Made by a program: the position numbers and the translations under genes. From Eledone cirrhosa (Eukaryota): a stretch of DNA of 64,000 nucleotides. The stretch is taken from assembly GCA_964016885.1 (NCBI GenBank), contig CAXHJY010000998.1, positions 62,001 through 126,000 of the forward strand, in the 5' to 3' direction. Position 1 is the first letter of the stretch; every line of letters begins with the position of its first letter. The notes beneath the pieces are model-generated. The model searched no databases, was not told where the DNA came from, and worked only from the letters and a program-made list of their open reading frames with translations. Positions 1 through 14,914 of this stretch are shown piece by piece.

Positions 1-13
1 AATTATTATTATA

Positions 14-206
14 AGGGTGGGTAGATTGGCAGTATCGGTAGAGCGTCGGACAACAAGCTTTGCGGTATATAGTTACGTCTATTTACGTTCTGAGTTGAAA
101 TACCTCCGAAGTAAGCTTTGCCTTTCATCCTTACGGGATCGATAAAATAAAGTACCAGTAATACACTGAGATAATTGCTAGCCTTGTGCCAAAAGTAGAA
201 ACATTA
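14..206 (+). mobile_element. tRNA-derived SINE (family S1)
   Basis: A-box-like tggcagtatcgg, B-box-like gagttgaaa, body gcctttcatccttacgggatcgataaaataaagtacc and an (att)n tail. More than 10 copies in the window. Confidence 0.8.
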
Positions 207-660
207 TTATTATTATTATTTAATTTTTCCACGCGCGAATTAACCCAGTAGAGCAACAGCACAGCTAATACATTGTAATATATCCTTGTAATATATTTAG
301 AGACCGACCTCACATCGGGGTAAGGTCCTGAATAACAGGATTAGTCTAAATATACCATAAGCACACACACCCACGCGCACACACACACACACACTTACAT
401 ACACACACATATGTATATATACATATATGTGTGTGTGGGAGTGTTTATCGTCTATTAGAAATATCTATAAATGAAATATGTGTGTGCAACAGACCGAATA
501 TATAGGAAATTCCAATCAATTGCACACACACATGGTAGACATACTATCAGAGACATACTAACACAGACACACACATATACATGGTAGACATACAACACAC
601 ACATATATATATATAAGTGTAAACATACTAATATATATATGTATATATAAATATACATAC

Positions 661-703
<43 letters not shown>

Positions 704-852
704 TGTATATATATATATATATATATATATCCAGGCACACATATACAACCTTACTTACACACACTCATATATAATAACATATAGTAGATATAAAGTAGTA
801 TATTGAAAAGCACACACACCCACACACATACATTATATATATGTGTGTTTGC

Positions 853-907
<55 letters not shown>

Positions 908-908
<1 letters not shown>

Positions 909-1102
909 TAGAAAGTGAGGGTTTTTTTTACAAAATGAAAAATAACCGGTGTCCTACAGATGTGAGAAAAACCACAGACCCTCCAGCTCAACTCTACTAT
1001 TGAAAAGCAGAAGAACTGCAAAACCGGTAAAGGAACCAAATAAATATATATATTTTAAAAAAAATAAGACTCCAGTTGCATTTTCGATTTCATCTTTTTT
1101 TC
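908..1102 (+). mobile_element. Family D (TA)n-inserted repeat, with copies at about 33570-33747 and 63801-64000
   Basis: Shared blocks ttagaaagtgagg..., aaaagcagaagaactgc(g/a)aaaccggta and gactccagttgcattttcgatttcatc. The other two copies have internal inversions. Confidence 0.6.
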
Positions 1103-2276
1103 TTTATATATATATATATACAGCCGTCAAAATCATATAATGTCTTCTTCAATCAAAATATATTTGTTTCTACTGCTCCAAATAAAATTTAATGCAATGA
1201 AATATTTTGATAAAAAAATTGAAAAATGAAATATATTCCTTTCAGATGTGTAATATTATTATCAAATCAAATTTTTTTTTTCCTCTCGAAACCTATTTGT
1301 CGCTATTTCAAAGAAAATACACACAAAAAAAAACAATGAAAAATCCCTTTCAAACTAAAAATACTGTCTTTCTCTTAAACCATTAATATTTTCTTCTAAT
1401 CAAAGACTATTTTGGTTTCAATCAAATATTTTTCATTGAAACGAAAGTTCGCCTTTAATCGAATAAACTCCCTCATCAATCAATCATTTAAGCATTAATA
1501 TCTTCCAATGTCATCAATTAAAAAAAGTAATTATGGTTTCTAATTTAGGACCAAGGCCAGCAATCTTTAGGGAAGGAAAGTGGATTATATCGACTCCATT
1601 ACTTGATTGGGGTTTTTTTATCGATCCCGGAAAAGGGAAAAAATATATCCGTTGCTTTACCAATATTGCCAATCCAACGCCATATATTATACGAAATAGA
1701 AAATATTTTCCTTGAAATATAGATAATTTTCCTTTTAATTAAAATATATATAGTTTATCAGACCATTGTTTTTTTTTTTGTTTTTTATCTCGTAACATTT
1801 TATTTACAAATGTATCTATCTTTTTCTCATCGATACTCTAAACCTTGACACAATCCCACACAGATCCAATTAATATTAAAATACATTAGGTTAGAATAAT
1901 TTCATATATTTATTTTTTCTTGTTTCTGCTAATACAATATAATGAGAATATATATGTATATATATGTGTGTATATATATATATATGTAGAGAAAATATTT
2001 CATAAGTATAGTAATTAGAGTTGAACTGTAGTAGCATATATATATTTATATATTGTAGTAGGATATATATATATATGTATATATATATATATGCTACTAG
2101 AGTTCAACTCTAATTACTATATTTATAAAATAGTTTCTCTACAGCATAAGATTAAAAACAAATTTCATTTCTCTGTCAGCACAAATAAAATAGTACAATT
2201 ACATCAATATGAGAAGAGATCAGGATTTGGAGACCAGAAAGGCCACAGGCCATTGTCGTACATTATCTATTATCTA

Positions 2277-2339
<63 letters not shown>

Positions 2340-2480
2340 TCCAGTCCTACAAACTGTAGAGTGCTTCTTATCCGATATCTGCATTGCTTTATTGTACTAC
2401 AATAAAACTCACCTCCTACATATATATATATATATATATACATACAAATAAATATGTATATATACATATTTATTTGTATG

Positions 2481-2547
<67 letters not shown>

Positions 2548-2659
2548 TAAAATAACAGATTAAAGTTTAAGCAAAGAATCGCTGCTTTCACCCTTAACGG
2601 GATCTTCTCTTAATGGGATCGAGCCCTCTTTGGATTTTAGTCTTCAAATTTATTATTAT

Positions 2660-2746
<87 letters not shown>

Positions 2747-2764
2747 TATATATACATATATATG

Positions 2765-2823
<59 letters not shown>

Positions 2824-2829
<6 letters not shown>

Positions 2830-2952
2830 TCTGAAGACGGCGGGTAGTGAACACGTATGTATATTTTTCTAACTATGATATTTTGTGTTATGTTTTACAG
2901 ATCAATAATGAACATACAGGGAACTACCCCCCAGAAACGATCGTAAAATAAT
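2824..2952 (+). ncRNA. Type I hammerhead ribozyme with a very large loop 2
   Basis: Stem I attattt (2824-30) pairs with aaataat (2946-52). CTGAAGA is at 2831-37. Stem II cggcgggtagt/actacccccca has 2 mismatches and closes about 74 nt. GAAA is at 2934-37, followed by palindromic ACGATCGT and a GUA triplet. It begins right after a (TA)n tract. Confidence 0.65.
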
Positions 2953-3177
2953 GTGTTTTACTATGAATTAACAGTTTTGTCTTTAATTTCATTGTTTTAA
3001 TATTTCTATTTCGACTCTCTATCCAATTGAATTATATCGTTGATAAACATTTTTGTATTTTAAACTTTGCTTCACGACATCTTCTACATACGGATTACAT
3101 TGAGTTCTTTATACGGTTTATTTAGACCCTACCATTGAGTGGTAGATTTATCTGTGTATATATATATATATATGTAT

Positions 3178-3276
<99 letters not shown>

Positions 3277-3308
3277 TACATCCACACACTCAAATACACA
3301 CCACACTC

Positions 3309-3397
<89 letters not shown>

Positions 3398-3470
3398 AGT
3401 AAAAGGAATCAAAGAACGCCTACATACTTATACAATTTTTATTTGCTGAAAATGTGGTCGGTCTACGTAA

Positions 3471-3554
<84 letters not shown>

Positions 3555-3977
3555 TAAAGGTATAGAAAACATTGTAGCAAAAAGCCAACAGTATTCCATA
3601 ATATATAATATATTTACACACACATACATACATATATATATATATATATATTTAAGACACCAACGCATTATTCTTTACTCAAATATATTTCTATTAGAAA
3701 ATACTTGTCAGTAAAATGTTCTTCCATCATATCATGATTGTTCGAAAACCAAATCATACTTTTTCTTAAATCGAACAATATTTTTATATCGATAAAAAAA
3801 ATTTCTTTCAGTTGCAGCAATTTAAAAAGCAAAAACAAAAACACATAAACAAAATAAACATTGATTGCAGATCAGATTAAATTTCTTATCACAAAATATT
3901 TTCTTTAAAAAAAACCATTTTTTTTTTCAAAATCTTAAGATATTAAATAACAATTGTTTCCTATACGATAAAAGATA

Positions 3978-4086
<109 letters not shown>

Positions 4087-4403
4087 TCATGTGTGTGTGT
4101 GTATGCAGAATGTAAACAGAAATAACAAGGCAATCGACACAGTACAATGAAGATATATATTAGTTTAACGCTTAATATAGTAAGAAAAATTTCTGAACGT
4201 TTCGGAGATGTGGCGCAGTTTCAGTTTACAATGTTTCACACACAAGATCTTCATTCACTCTAAAGTAGTCGATGGGAACACGGGATCGAATGATCGCAAA
4301 TGTAATTTGTTAACTATCCGTCTATATCGGGACTAAACATCAAACAGGATTACGCGTATATACATACATAAATAAAAAAAATGTATATATATATATATAT
4401 ATA

Positions 4404-4597
4404 TAGGAACGAGTAGGACCCCGACGGCTGAGCTCAAGCCGTTTCGACGGCTAATTCTGGACTCCAGAATTAGCCGTCGAAACGACTTGAGCTCAGCCGT
4501 CGGGGTCCTACTCGTTCCTATTACCCACTCTACTACCCTAAGTATTGAGTACTTTGGTGTGTTTTGGTCCACCTGGTTCCTTACCACATTTCCTTCG

Positions 4598-4600
<3 letters not shown>
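4404..4600. mobile_element. Family B: palindromic head plus tail element inserted in (TA)n (Penelope-like terminus)
   Basis: Near-perfect palindrome at 4404-4520 plus a unique tail of about 80 bp. Seven related copies occur in the window. Confidence 0.7.
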
Positions 4601-4691
<91 letters not shown>

Positions 4692-4838
4692 GTTTGTATG
4701 CATTTATGTACACGAACATTATATTTATATGCGTAAACACATACATATAAACACAGACGTGTGTATGTGTGTGTTTGCACGTGTATTTGTCGAGATTTGT
4801 TTATCTCTCCCTTTCTTTCTCTGCCTAACTATATATGT

Positions 4839-4869
<31 letters not shown>

Positions 4870-4913
4870 CATATATATACACATAAATGTGTGCCTATTG
4901 ATCCCACTATATA

Positions 4914-4984
<71 letters not shown>

Positions 4985-5139
4985 GTGTTCATATGTCTAT
5001 ATATGTATGTGTAGTATGTGTGTATACATGTATATATTTGTCTATATATATAGAAATCCATGGCCTGGTAAACAAATAAACAGCTTGACACATTCATAAA
5101 TATTATGATGGATAGAAAAACCAATGCGTGTCTATAATT

Positions 5140-5213
<74 letters not shown>

Positions 5214-5348
5214 CACAGAGACATACATACAAATACACACACTGCCTGTCGACATATCGTAGTCTACATAATATAGATTTTATTATATCTATATATCTAT
5301 ATCTCAACAACTTTCATTCTTTGTATACATGTATGTATGTGTGTGTAA

Positions 5349-5388
<40 letters not shown>

Positions 5389-5537
5389 CTGTGAGGGAGA
5401 GAGAGAGACAGTTGTCGATATATAGATATATATAGATATATACATATATAAATCTATATGTAGACAAAGATAAATAGACAAGCATTAAACAAATAATTAG
5501 ATGTTATAAATAGATATATACATTTTAGTTAAAGTCG

Positions 5538-5957
5538 CCAACAATTCTCGGGGAAGGGAAAGTCGATTAAAGTCGATTAATTGGTATTTTACTTTATCGA
5601 CCCCATAGGGATGAAAGGCAAAGCTAACCTCGGCGGGATTTGAAATCTGTGTCGATAAATTAAAGTACCAGTAATGCACTCGGGTCGATTTAATCAACTT
5701 TCCCCTCCCCTTCAAATTGCTGGCCTTGTGCCTAAAGTAGAAACAATTATTATAACAGTTAATAACTGTTTCTACTTTAGGCACAAGGCCAGCAATTACC
5801 CAGTGCATTACTGGTACTTTATTTTATCGACCCCCGGAAGGATGAAAGGCAAAGTTAACCTCGGCGGGATTTGAACTGAGTCCGTAAAGGGACGTAACTG
5901 TGCTGCAAAGCATGGCGTCCGACCCTCAACCGATACTGCCAATTCACCACCCTTATA
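5538..5957 (-). mobile_element. Cluster of S1 SINE pieces (one full minus copy at about 5765-5957 plus inverted fragments)
   Basis: Reverse-complement matches to the S1 body. The tails at 5717-5750 and 5765-5797 are arranged tail-to-tail. Confidence 0.75.
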
Positions 5958-6074
5958 ACAGTTAATAACAATTATTATAACAGTTAATAACAAAAGCTTA
6001 ACTGCGACAATATTTTATCTCTTATGATATCTCCGTTGAATGAAATAGTGACCTGTTAGGAAGTTTAACATCTG

Positions 6075-6232
6075 TTAACACCACCAGCATTAATAACATA
6101 AAGAGCATTAGCAGGACTAATAGCTAACACCGCAGCCGTTAACTAAAGTGATGTTAACACCAGCAGCATTAATAACATAAAGAGTACTAGTAGGACTAAT
6201 AGCTAACACCGCAGCAGCTAACTAAAGTGATG
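6075..6232. repeat. Two-copy tandem duplication of about 78 bp
   Basis: gttaacacca(c/g)cagcattaataacataaagag... occurs twice. Confidence 0.8.
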
Positions 6233-6519
6233 AATTGTCAGTCACTGAGGCCGGGGGAAGTAACATTTTTTTTGCTATTTGTTCCGTCTCATTGCGCAGA
6301 GTTCATATCTTGCAGAAGGCGATTTTATACTAAGATCACTACATCGTCCCTTATGTAGTTTCAATGAGAAAATACACCCATTACACTCTGTAAAATGGTT
6401 GGTGATAGGAAAGATATTGAGTCATAGAAACCATGGCCCAAACAAGAAACTGTATTTCGCTAGATGTCTAACGATGCATCCGTGCTGTTATAGAATTGCA
6501 GACGTAGATCAGATGATAA

Positions 6520-6768
6520 GAATGGTAATGATGCTGATGGTGTTGTGGATGATAATTATGATGATGATGTTAATGTATGCAATGAATACGATGATGATGA
6601 TGATGATGGTGGTGATGGTGATGGTCATGGTCATGGTGATGATGATGGTGATGATGATGATGGTGATGATGGTGATGATGGTGGTGGTGGTGATGATGAT
6701 GATGATGATGATGGTGGTAGTGGTGGTGATGGTGGTGGTGATGATGATGGTGGTGATGATGGTGATGA

Positions 6769-6802
<34 letters not shown>

Positions 6803-6846
6803 GGTGGTGGTGGTGGTGGTGGTGGTGGTGGTGGTGGTGGTGATGA
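6520..6846. repeat. (GAT)n/(GGT)n trinucleotide microsatellite
   Basis: Directly visible in the sequence. Confidence 0.9.
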
Positions 6847-8117
6847 ACTACATTGTACGTTAATAGTTATCATGGAAGATAAGAATGACGGAAGCATGAA
6901 TTAACCCCAATTAGAAGAGCTAGCAGCAAGGGAGCTCATGCAAGGGCTTATAAATGGTCGCTCAAGCTGCAAGCAATAGCTGCTAAATCTCCCTCAAATC
7001 ACACACTAGTGTTCTAAACAAATAAAACAAGTCGTACGTGATAAAGTAGTTCAGGGTATACAATGGTTATAAAAATGTTGGAATGGTCATTTATGGAATG
7101 TCTTTGATCATGATACATCTTGATCAGGGCAGAATAACCTAGGGCTAAAAAAACAACAATATATACAACAAAAACAATAAATAAATCCGACAATAACATA
7201 GAGTGACATTAAATAAACAGATGTTTGATGTAATTGTTGTGGGGGGTGGAAGAGTGGGGGTGATAAATGGCTTTTGTTGTTGTCGTGGTGGCGATGGTGA
7301 TGGTGATGTGTTGTTAGCGATGGTTAGGTTGGTGGTTTTCGGTGTTGTTGCTGTTGTTATTGGTAGTGGTGTCGATGGCGATGGTCGGATAATAAATGAC
7401 TGTTGAGGTGTTGCTTTTGTTGATGGGTCGGTGGTGTTGATAGTGTGAGAGACATTTTGTTAGTTTTGTTGTTAGTGTTAGTGGTGGTGATGGTGATGGT
7501 GAAGGTGGGGTAAGTTCTGCTGCTTTTATTGTTGTTGTTGCAGTGGTGGTGGCATTTATGATGGTGGTAATAAATAGCTGTTAAGGTGTTTTATTTAACC
7601 CTAGGTCAGCAGCATTGATCAATATAATAAAAGACATATGAAATGTAACTACACCGTCGTTACCCTGTATAGAAGGACTACACTCATCTCATTATCTAAT
7701 GCGCCGTTTTGTTACCACTTTGGGCTATGATTTATCTGGAATCTGACTTCTATTTCTAGCAGGTCGAACGGCAGCACAGATGCGGTTTTCTCGTGAAGAT
7801 ATTAATCAATTTTCTCTTGCCGTAGCCCTTCCGTGTGCCGACATCTCTAACTACCTAACTGGCTGGTAGTTTGTCTGTGTGACTGATGGTTTGTTTAGTT
7901 GGCTAGGGAGCTGGGTGGGTGTTGGTAGCTGTATTGGTGGAAGGTTGGGTTAACTGGTGATGGGAAGAAGTGAAATATTGAGGGTTGCCGTAATGATGAA
8001 TAGAATCCATGTTAAAATATATCACAATGACAAATTCAAGTTTTTTTACATCAACAATAATAACAACATGACCGTAGATAAATATTGGGAGTCACTATAG
8101 AAAACATATTACATTTG

Positions 8118-8153
<36 letters not shown>

Positions 8154-8265
8154 AGCGTGTATTTGTGCATATATCTCTCTCTCTATATATATATATATGT
8201 GTGTGTGTGTATGTATGTGTGTATGTATGTATGAGCGTGTGCGTGTACATGTTTGTGTATATGCG

Positions 8266-8298
<33 letters not shown>

Positions 8299-9855
8299 CG
8301 GTGTGTGTGTCTGTGTAAAATAACGTCGACATATTTAACAAGGTTTTAACATCAATAATATACTACGACACGAAAATAGATGAAATATTTAAGTTTAATT
8401 CACATGACATTGCTTAATGTAGCAATCAAATCTCTTCCTTTTGTTTTGTGATATTGTTAGGTTTGTTTGGTGACAAATTGTCCTGTCCTATTCACTGACT
8501 TAAACATTGTCTATCTCTTCCTTCCTCTGCCTCTATTCTTTAGTCTTGCCCTGCCCCGCCCTGGACCTGCCCTGTACTTCTCTATCTCCGTTGAGTTCCT
8601 ATCTTAGAAACATTAGCGAAACATATGCTTCAAATCCCTAAATATAAAGACAAAATATACTCCGACAATAATAACGTTGTGATCATAATTTACCATGTTT
8701 AGTGAAAGTTCCCTCCACCCCTGTACTTGTAACAACATCTTTTCCGTGTTGTAGCCTTTGTGCCCATGCAACAAATCATATTTTAAACGGGGTTTAGATT
8801 AAGTCTTCCTCCCTCTGGGTTATTTCTTCCTAATGGTTTAATCAGCAGATGAAGAATAGTGTCCATTAATCTTTCTGTGGTTTCCGAGACTCGTATCTGA
8901 AAGTTATTCTCAGAGCAAAGACCAAATCTGAATGCTTGCAAACAGATCAAAATCCACGAACGTCAGCCAATGGGTAATGGTTGATGTTAAAGCAGATAAC
9001 TTATTAACTTATTAACGAGATAAAAGCAGGAACGGTCTATTTGACGTACATCCATGCAAGTTCCACCAATCAAATTGTTCTCGGGAGGCCTATGACTGGT
9101 ACGATGGTTTACTAAATAAATATGATAGTTTAACCGTACGATAACATGATGGAAAGGAAAAAGGAGTCCATGATACACATTAGTAAAAGAGGTGAAAACT
9201 CAGGGATTGGAGAAAATCAGATGATTGTAAGAAACGGAAAATGATATTGTACTGATGTGAAGGATGTTATGCTGTGAAGAGCGCAGGATTCGATGACGAC
9301 GAACGACGAAGATGCCACATGATTCGACAAGGATGAGGATGGCGAAGACGATTACGATGATACTGATGAGGATGCTGATGATGAAATGATATCTGTGTGT
9401 ACAAAGAAAAGAACAGAGAGCTAAGTATATCAAGCAGAATTTATAATCATAGTGAAACGGATGAATCACGGTGATCCCAAAGTAAACTTCGTAGAATTTC
9501 ACACATACGAATCATCTGTGATCTTTTAGAAGTCTTCAAAAGAGATAAATATCACCACATATTGGTGGTAATACCACACTGTATTGGTCGTTCCTAATAT
9601 TGTGTCTATATGCTCTTTCTCTCTCTTTACTAGTCAGTGACCCCTTTCCTATACGTGTCTCTAAAAAGACACGTATTCCACACGGTACACAATCATTAGA
9701 CTTCATCAGGTATTTTAACAAAAGGGCTCTACAAATATTCATATAGATTATAAATTATATGAGGTTATGACTGAAGTCTATAGAGTGAATGAAGAGACGG
9801 GTTGAACTAACATCTCAGTACGATAGATATGAACTTCGTGTGATCTCAAAGCCTA

Positions 9856-9925
<70 letters not shown>

Positions 9926-9981
9926 TAGGCTTTGAGATATATATATATATGAGTATGTGTCTATATATATTTTACAAATGC

Positions 9982-10024
<43 letters not shown>

Positions 10025-10308
10025 TGACTCCTCGTTATTTAAGCTGTGAAGTATGAACGCAGGGGAATGAAAGAAGTCAGCCATATTGAAATAAATATTC
10101 TTAGGACACAATCCTTTAAAGTCCATATAGAGTGTGTAAACTATTAACCCTATTACGGCAAACGATTGATCTTCTATCAATTTCTCTTCGATTTCGCACA
10201 ACAAATAATATGTTGCTTTTATTTCCTTCTCTTCTAAACTACTCATGTTTTAGTATTTATGTTGTTTTTTTTATTATTCATCATTTTTATATCGAATTGT
10301 TTGCTGTG

Positions 10309-10341
<33 letters not shown>

Positions 10342-10516
10342 GCCCAAGGACAGCTATGGCTGAACAGAAGTATTCTAGGTATGAAAATTCTTCTCTTTTC
10401 TAATCTATAAGTACATCATCAATAGGTCCTTCCGTACGAGGTAATCCAATGGCAATTTGAGGCTACTTGTAGAACATTGAAGATCATCATGATATATATA
10501 TATATATATGTATGTA

Positions 10517-10576
<60 letters not shown>

Positions 10577-10579
<3 letters not shown>

Positions 10580-10686
10580 CAAAGGAATTGTGATAAGGAA
10601 CCAGATGGACCATAACGCACCAGAGTACCGTGTCCAGAAATAGCCGTCGAAACGGCTCGAGCTCTTCCGTCGGGGTCATACTTTTT

Positions 10687-10690
<4 letters not shown>
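10577..10690. mobile_element. Family B copy (truncated, inverted junction)
   Basis: Shares aaggaaccagatggaccataacgcacc and ccagaaatagccgtcgaaacggct with the other copies; TA flanks. Confidence 0.65.
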
Positions 10691-10744
<54 letters not shown>

Positions 10745-10824
10745 TGACAAGGCATGTAATTGTATGTGTATGTCTGGAGATACAACTTGTGTATTACTTT
10801 ATAGAATTTCACTGTTCCAAACGT

Positions 10825-10858
<34 letters not shown>

Positions 10859-11304
10859 TATTATATATACACATTATATATGCATATATATGCGTGAATA
10901 TATTTCATATCAATATTATAATTATTAACATTATATACAGTATTAATAACAATTATGAAACTAATAATTAATAGCACTTTTATTTATATAATTGTCCCAA
11001 GAGCAACGGATGAACAGCTAGAGACTAATGGGAGAGTTTATAAAAACCTTCTGGGTGAATTTCCATTGAATCCAAATGAAGATTTATATTTTTGTTCAAT
11101 AAGTGTATATTAAAGATGGAGCCTCCTGTCTGATTGAGGTTTTGTTTAGCTTTCGTAATGGTGGAATAACCTATTAAGGTCACGTATTAGAATTAAAATA
11201 TAAATATACGACACTTAGAACATGGGGTGGGTCTTGTGTAGTCACCCATGCTCATTCTTTTTGAAATAGACAAACGCACAGGTACAAAATCAGAGATAAA
11301 CACT

Positions 11305-11406
11305 CATGCATACATATACATATATACGCATTCATATATACATACATAAATACATAAATACATAAATAGATATATACATACATATATAATACATAATACG
11401 TATACA

Positions 11407-11446
<40 letters not shown>

Positions 11447-11750
11447 TACACACATAAATACATAAATACATATATACATACATACATATATAATACATAA
11501 TACATATACATGAATATATATATATATATATATACATATATACACACATAAATACATAAATACATATATACATACATATATAATACATAATACATATATA
11601 TGAATATATATATATATATATATATACATATATACACACATAAATACATAAATACATATATACATACATATATAATACATAATACATATATATGAATATA
11701 TATATATATACATATATATACACACATAAATACATATATATATATGCACA
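11305..11750. repeat. AT-rich compound minisatellite (units of about 85-95 bp)
   Basis: Repeated cataaatacataaataca...taatacataataca...tgaatatata blocks. Confidence 0.8.
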
Positions 11751-12213
11751 AACACACCCGTAACATCAATCGCTGTGTATACACAACTAGAGCGGGCGTG
11801 GAGACTATACAACAAGATTTGACGAAGTAGTTTTCCTAGTCATTTGACCTGCTAAATATAGCAGCCAATGGATTCACTCTCATTTCACTAAACGCTCCTA
11901 AATAGAAGGGCGAGACTGTCTTAACATGTCTCAGTTTAAATTGTGTTGTATCTGGTTCAGCGGGTTGTCTATCTGTTCACAATTGTAGTTCAGCATGTGA
12001 GCTATATGGTTGGATGTGTAGTTCAGCTTGCGGTCTACCTCAGTTACAAACACAAAACATATCCTGGTGGAAGGTCAGTTCACCAGAAACAACTGATACT
12101 GCCACTAATGTCGTGGCTGTTGTTGTTGTTTAGCCCATGGCCAGGCTATACATAGTCGACGTTTGACATGATCAAGAGCTTCTCACCATTGACTGTATCT
12201 TACCGTTCTTAAG

Positions 12214-12618
12214 TTAACCCTTTATCATTTACATTACTCTATATATACTATTGTATTTTCAGGGTAAAGGTTTTACTGAACATAATATCTTACATAATAT
12301 CGAATCTATGAGTTGTTGATATTATTTATTATCGGTAGAGAGTCGGACGCTATGCTTTCCAGCATAGTTACGTCCCTTTACGGTCTGAGTTCAAATCCCG
12401 CCGAGGTTCACTTTGCCTTTCATCCTTACGGGGTCGATAAAATAAAGTACCAGTAATGCACTGGGTAATTGATGGCCTTGTGCCAAAAGTAGAAACAATT
12501 ATTTATTTTGAGAACAATACCTTAACATCAGTATGAGTGGCTAATTATGGCTGGTTTGAACATAAAGAGGTGAGAGATATCTTGCCGGATACAGCCGGTT
12601 TAAATTCTAAAGGGTTAA
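12214..12618. mobile_element. piggyBac-type non-autonomous element (MITE)
   Basis: TTAA-CCCTTTA...TAAAGGG-TTAA termini (TTAA target duplication, CCC/GGG ends). The interior is homologous to 54834-55090. Confidence 0.75.
12331..12500 (+). mobile_element. S1 SINE nested inside a piggyBac-type MITE
   Basis: S1 body, absent from the sister MITE at 54834-55090, with ttatttatt-like duplicated flanks. Confidence 0.8.
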
Positions 12619-13305
12619 TAATCTGAGGTTTGAGAAAGACTTGGTTGCTATTTCTAACAGATCTATCGTCTGCTTAGTGAGTGGGTTGTTCGAGTGGTTT
12701 ATCTGTTATGTCTAACTGACCTAGCAAACATTGTATAAAGGAAAAACTTTAGGATGGTCTCAGCATAAATGCCATCCGGATACATCCTTGTGGATCATGT
12801 TTTGTTTTAGGGGCAGTGTTCATGATCGGTGTAGTCATTGTGGGTTATATCTTACAATATACGACTACTACACTATAGCAACAACAACACCAACATGATA
12901 ACAACAACAGCAACTACAACTACAGGACCAAAACAGCAATAACAAGAGAACAGATATATCTACAGTAACATTTTTTACATTCATCACGTAAGCGGCATTG
13001 TTAAAGAATGGAAGACATTTCAAAAGTTCAGCATGTAAATTTAGATGCAGGCTAAATTCCAGGGAGACATAGAAAGAGAGGGAGAGAGAAAGATAGAGAT
13101 AAGAGTCAGGGAGAGAGAAAGAGACAGATAAGCGAGAATGAGAGTGAATGAGAGAGAGAGAGAGAGAAAGCATAGTTTCTGAGATAAAGGCCAGCTCTTG
13201 CTTGAATGAAGGAATTTGTTTAGATTAAAGAAAAGAGAACTGAAAAATACGGGGTGGGAGGTAAAAATAGAGGGGTAGGTCAGAGGAAAGGAGATGTGGA
13301 TATGC

Positions 13306-13352
<47 letters not shown>

Positions 13353-13412
13353 GAGAGAGAGATACATATATACATACATATACATATATGTGTGAGGGTA
13401 GGCAAAGAAATT

Positions 13413-13507
<95 letters not shown>

Positions 13508-13676
13508 GAAGAGAGAGATATGTGAGACAAAGAAAGAGTAAAGGGATAAGGCCAGAAAATGTGTGAGAGAAGCCATATCTACAAGTCATGAGATCCAGAC
13601 TTAGAAAGCAGCCGAGAATGTTACAAGTTCAAGTGTAGCATGATTAGTGACTGGTAATGTACATACACACACACAC

Positions 13677-13707
<31 letters not shown>

Positions 13708-13750
13708 TATATACACACACACTCTCATACACACAAACACACATACACAC

Positions 13751-13790
<40 letters not shown>

Positions 13791-13855
13791 ATAAATGAAA
13801 AAAAAAAACAAAGCAGAGAAAGCAAAACTACACAGTTATATGTTATATTAGGTTC

Positions 13856-13942
<87 letters not shown>

Positions 13943-14422
13943 AGTGTGTGTGTCAGTGTGTGTGTGCGTGAGTGTATGTGTGCGTGAGTGTGTGTGTGTG
14001 CGTGTGATAAACCACAGAACGTGAGCAACTGAATTATTACCACTACTAGTTACATGCGGTAAATAGTGAAATATATATATATGTATATATTGTAATAAGT
14101 GGTAAACCCAACGGCTGAGCTCTTGCAGTTCGCAACTCTATAATATACCAAAACTCTACTAAATATCCTGTACTCTGTTGAGTAATGGTTTCACCAGTTT
14201 CAAAGTGAATCCATTCTTATATATATGTGTGTGTGTGTGTGAGTGTGTCTGTGTGTCTGTGTGTCTGTGTGTGTGTGTGGATGTGTGTGTGTGTGTATAT
14301 ATATTCAAACATATATATAATATATATAGACCGAGCTGAGGATCCGCACAAGATACAACATTTGTTCACGGTATGGTGAACTAACTGTCGTGGAACTACT
14401 TCTATATATATATATATATATA

Positions 14423-14626
14423 TAACGAAGGAGTTGTGGTAAGGAACCAGATGGACCATAACACACCAGTGTACTCAATACTTAGGGTAGTAGAGTTGGT
14501 AATAGGAAAAAGTATGACTCTGCCGGCAGAGCTCAAGCCGTTTCGACGGGTATTTCTGGACTAAATAGTCCAGAAATAGCCGTCGAAACGGCTTGAGCTC
14601 TGCCGTCGGGGTCATACGTTTGCCTA
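14423..14626. mobile_element. Family B copy
   Basis: Tail in reverse orientation plus a palindromic head centred on ctggactaaatagtccag; TA flanks. Confidence 0.7.
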
Positions 14627-14914
14627 TATATATATATATATCAAAAGTATATATATATCGAATGTATATATTGAGTTAGAAACTCAAAAGTCTCTTACAA
14701 TTAAATAGCCCAAGGAAAGAAACTTTTCCGGGCCGTGTAATATAATTGAATATAAAAGAGAGATAAACACAGATATATACATATATGTTCAAATCTGGTC
14801 CCTTACAATTTGAACACGTATATGTATATATCTGTGTTTATCTCATATATATATGTATATATATAGCTATATATATATATATGTATATATAGTTATATGT
14901 AATATGTGTGTTTC

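Noticed and set aside
6279-6904. 194-aa M/V-rich and 119-aa D/G-rich ORFs
   Set aside because: They are trinucleotide microsatellite translations.
7661-7682. taccctgta resembling the start of miR-10
   Set aside because: The match ends after 9 nt, no precursor hairpin is seen, and it lies in an old repeat-like region. No iab-4 or miR-10 match was seen elsewhere by eye.
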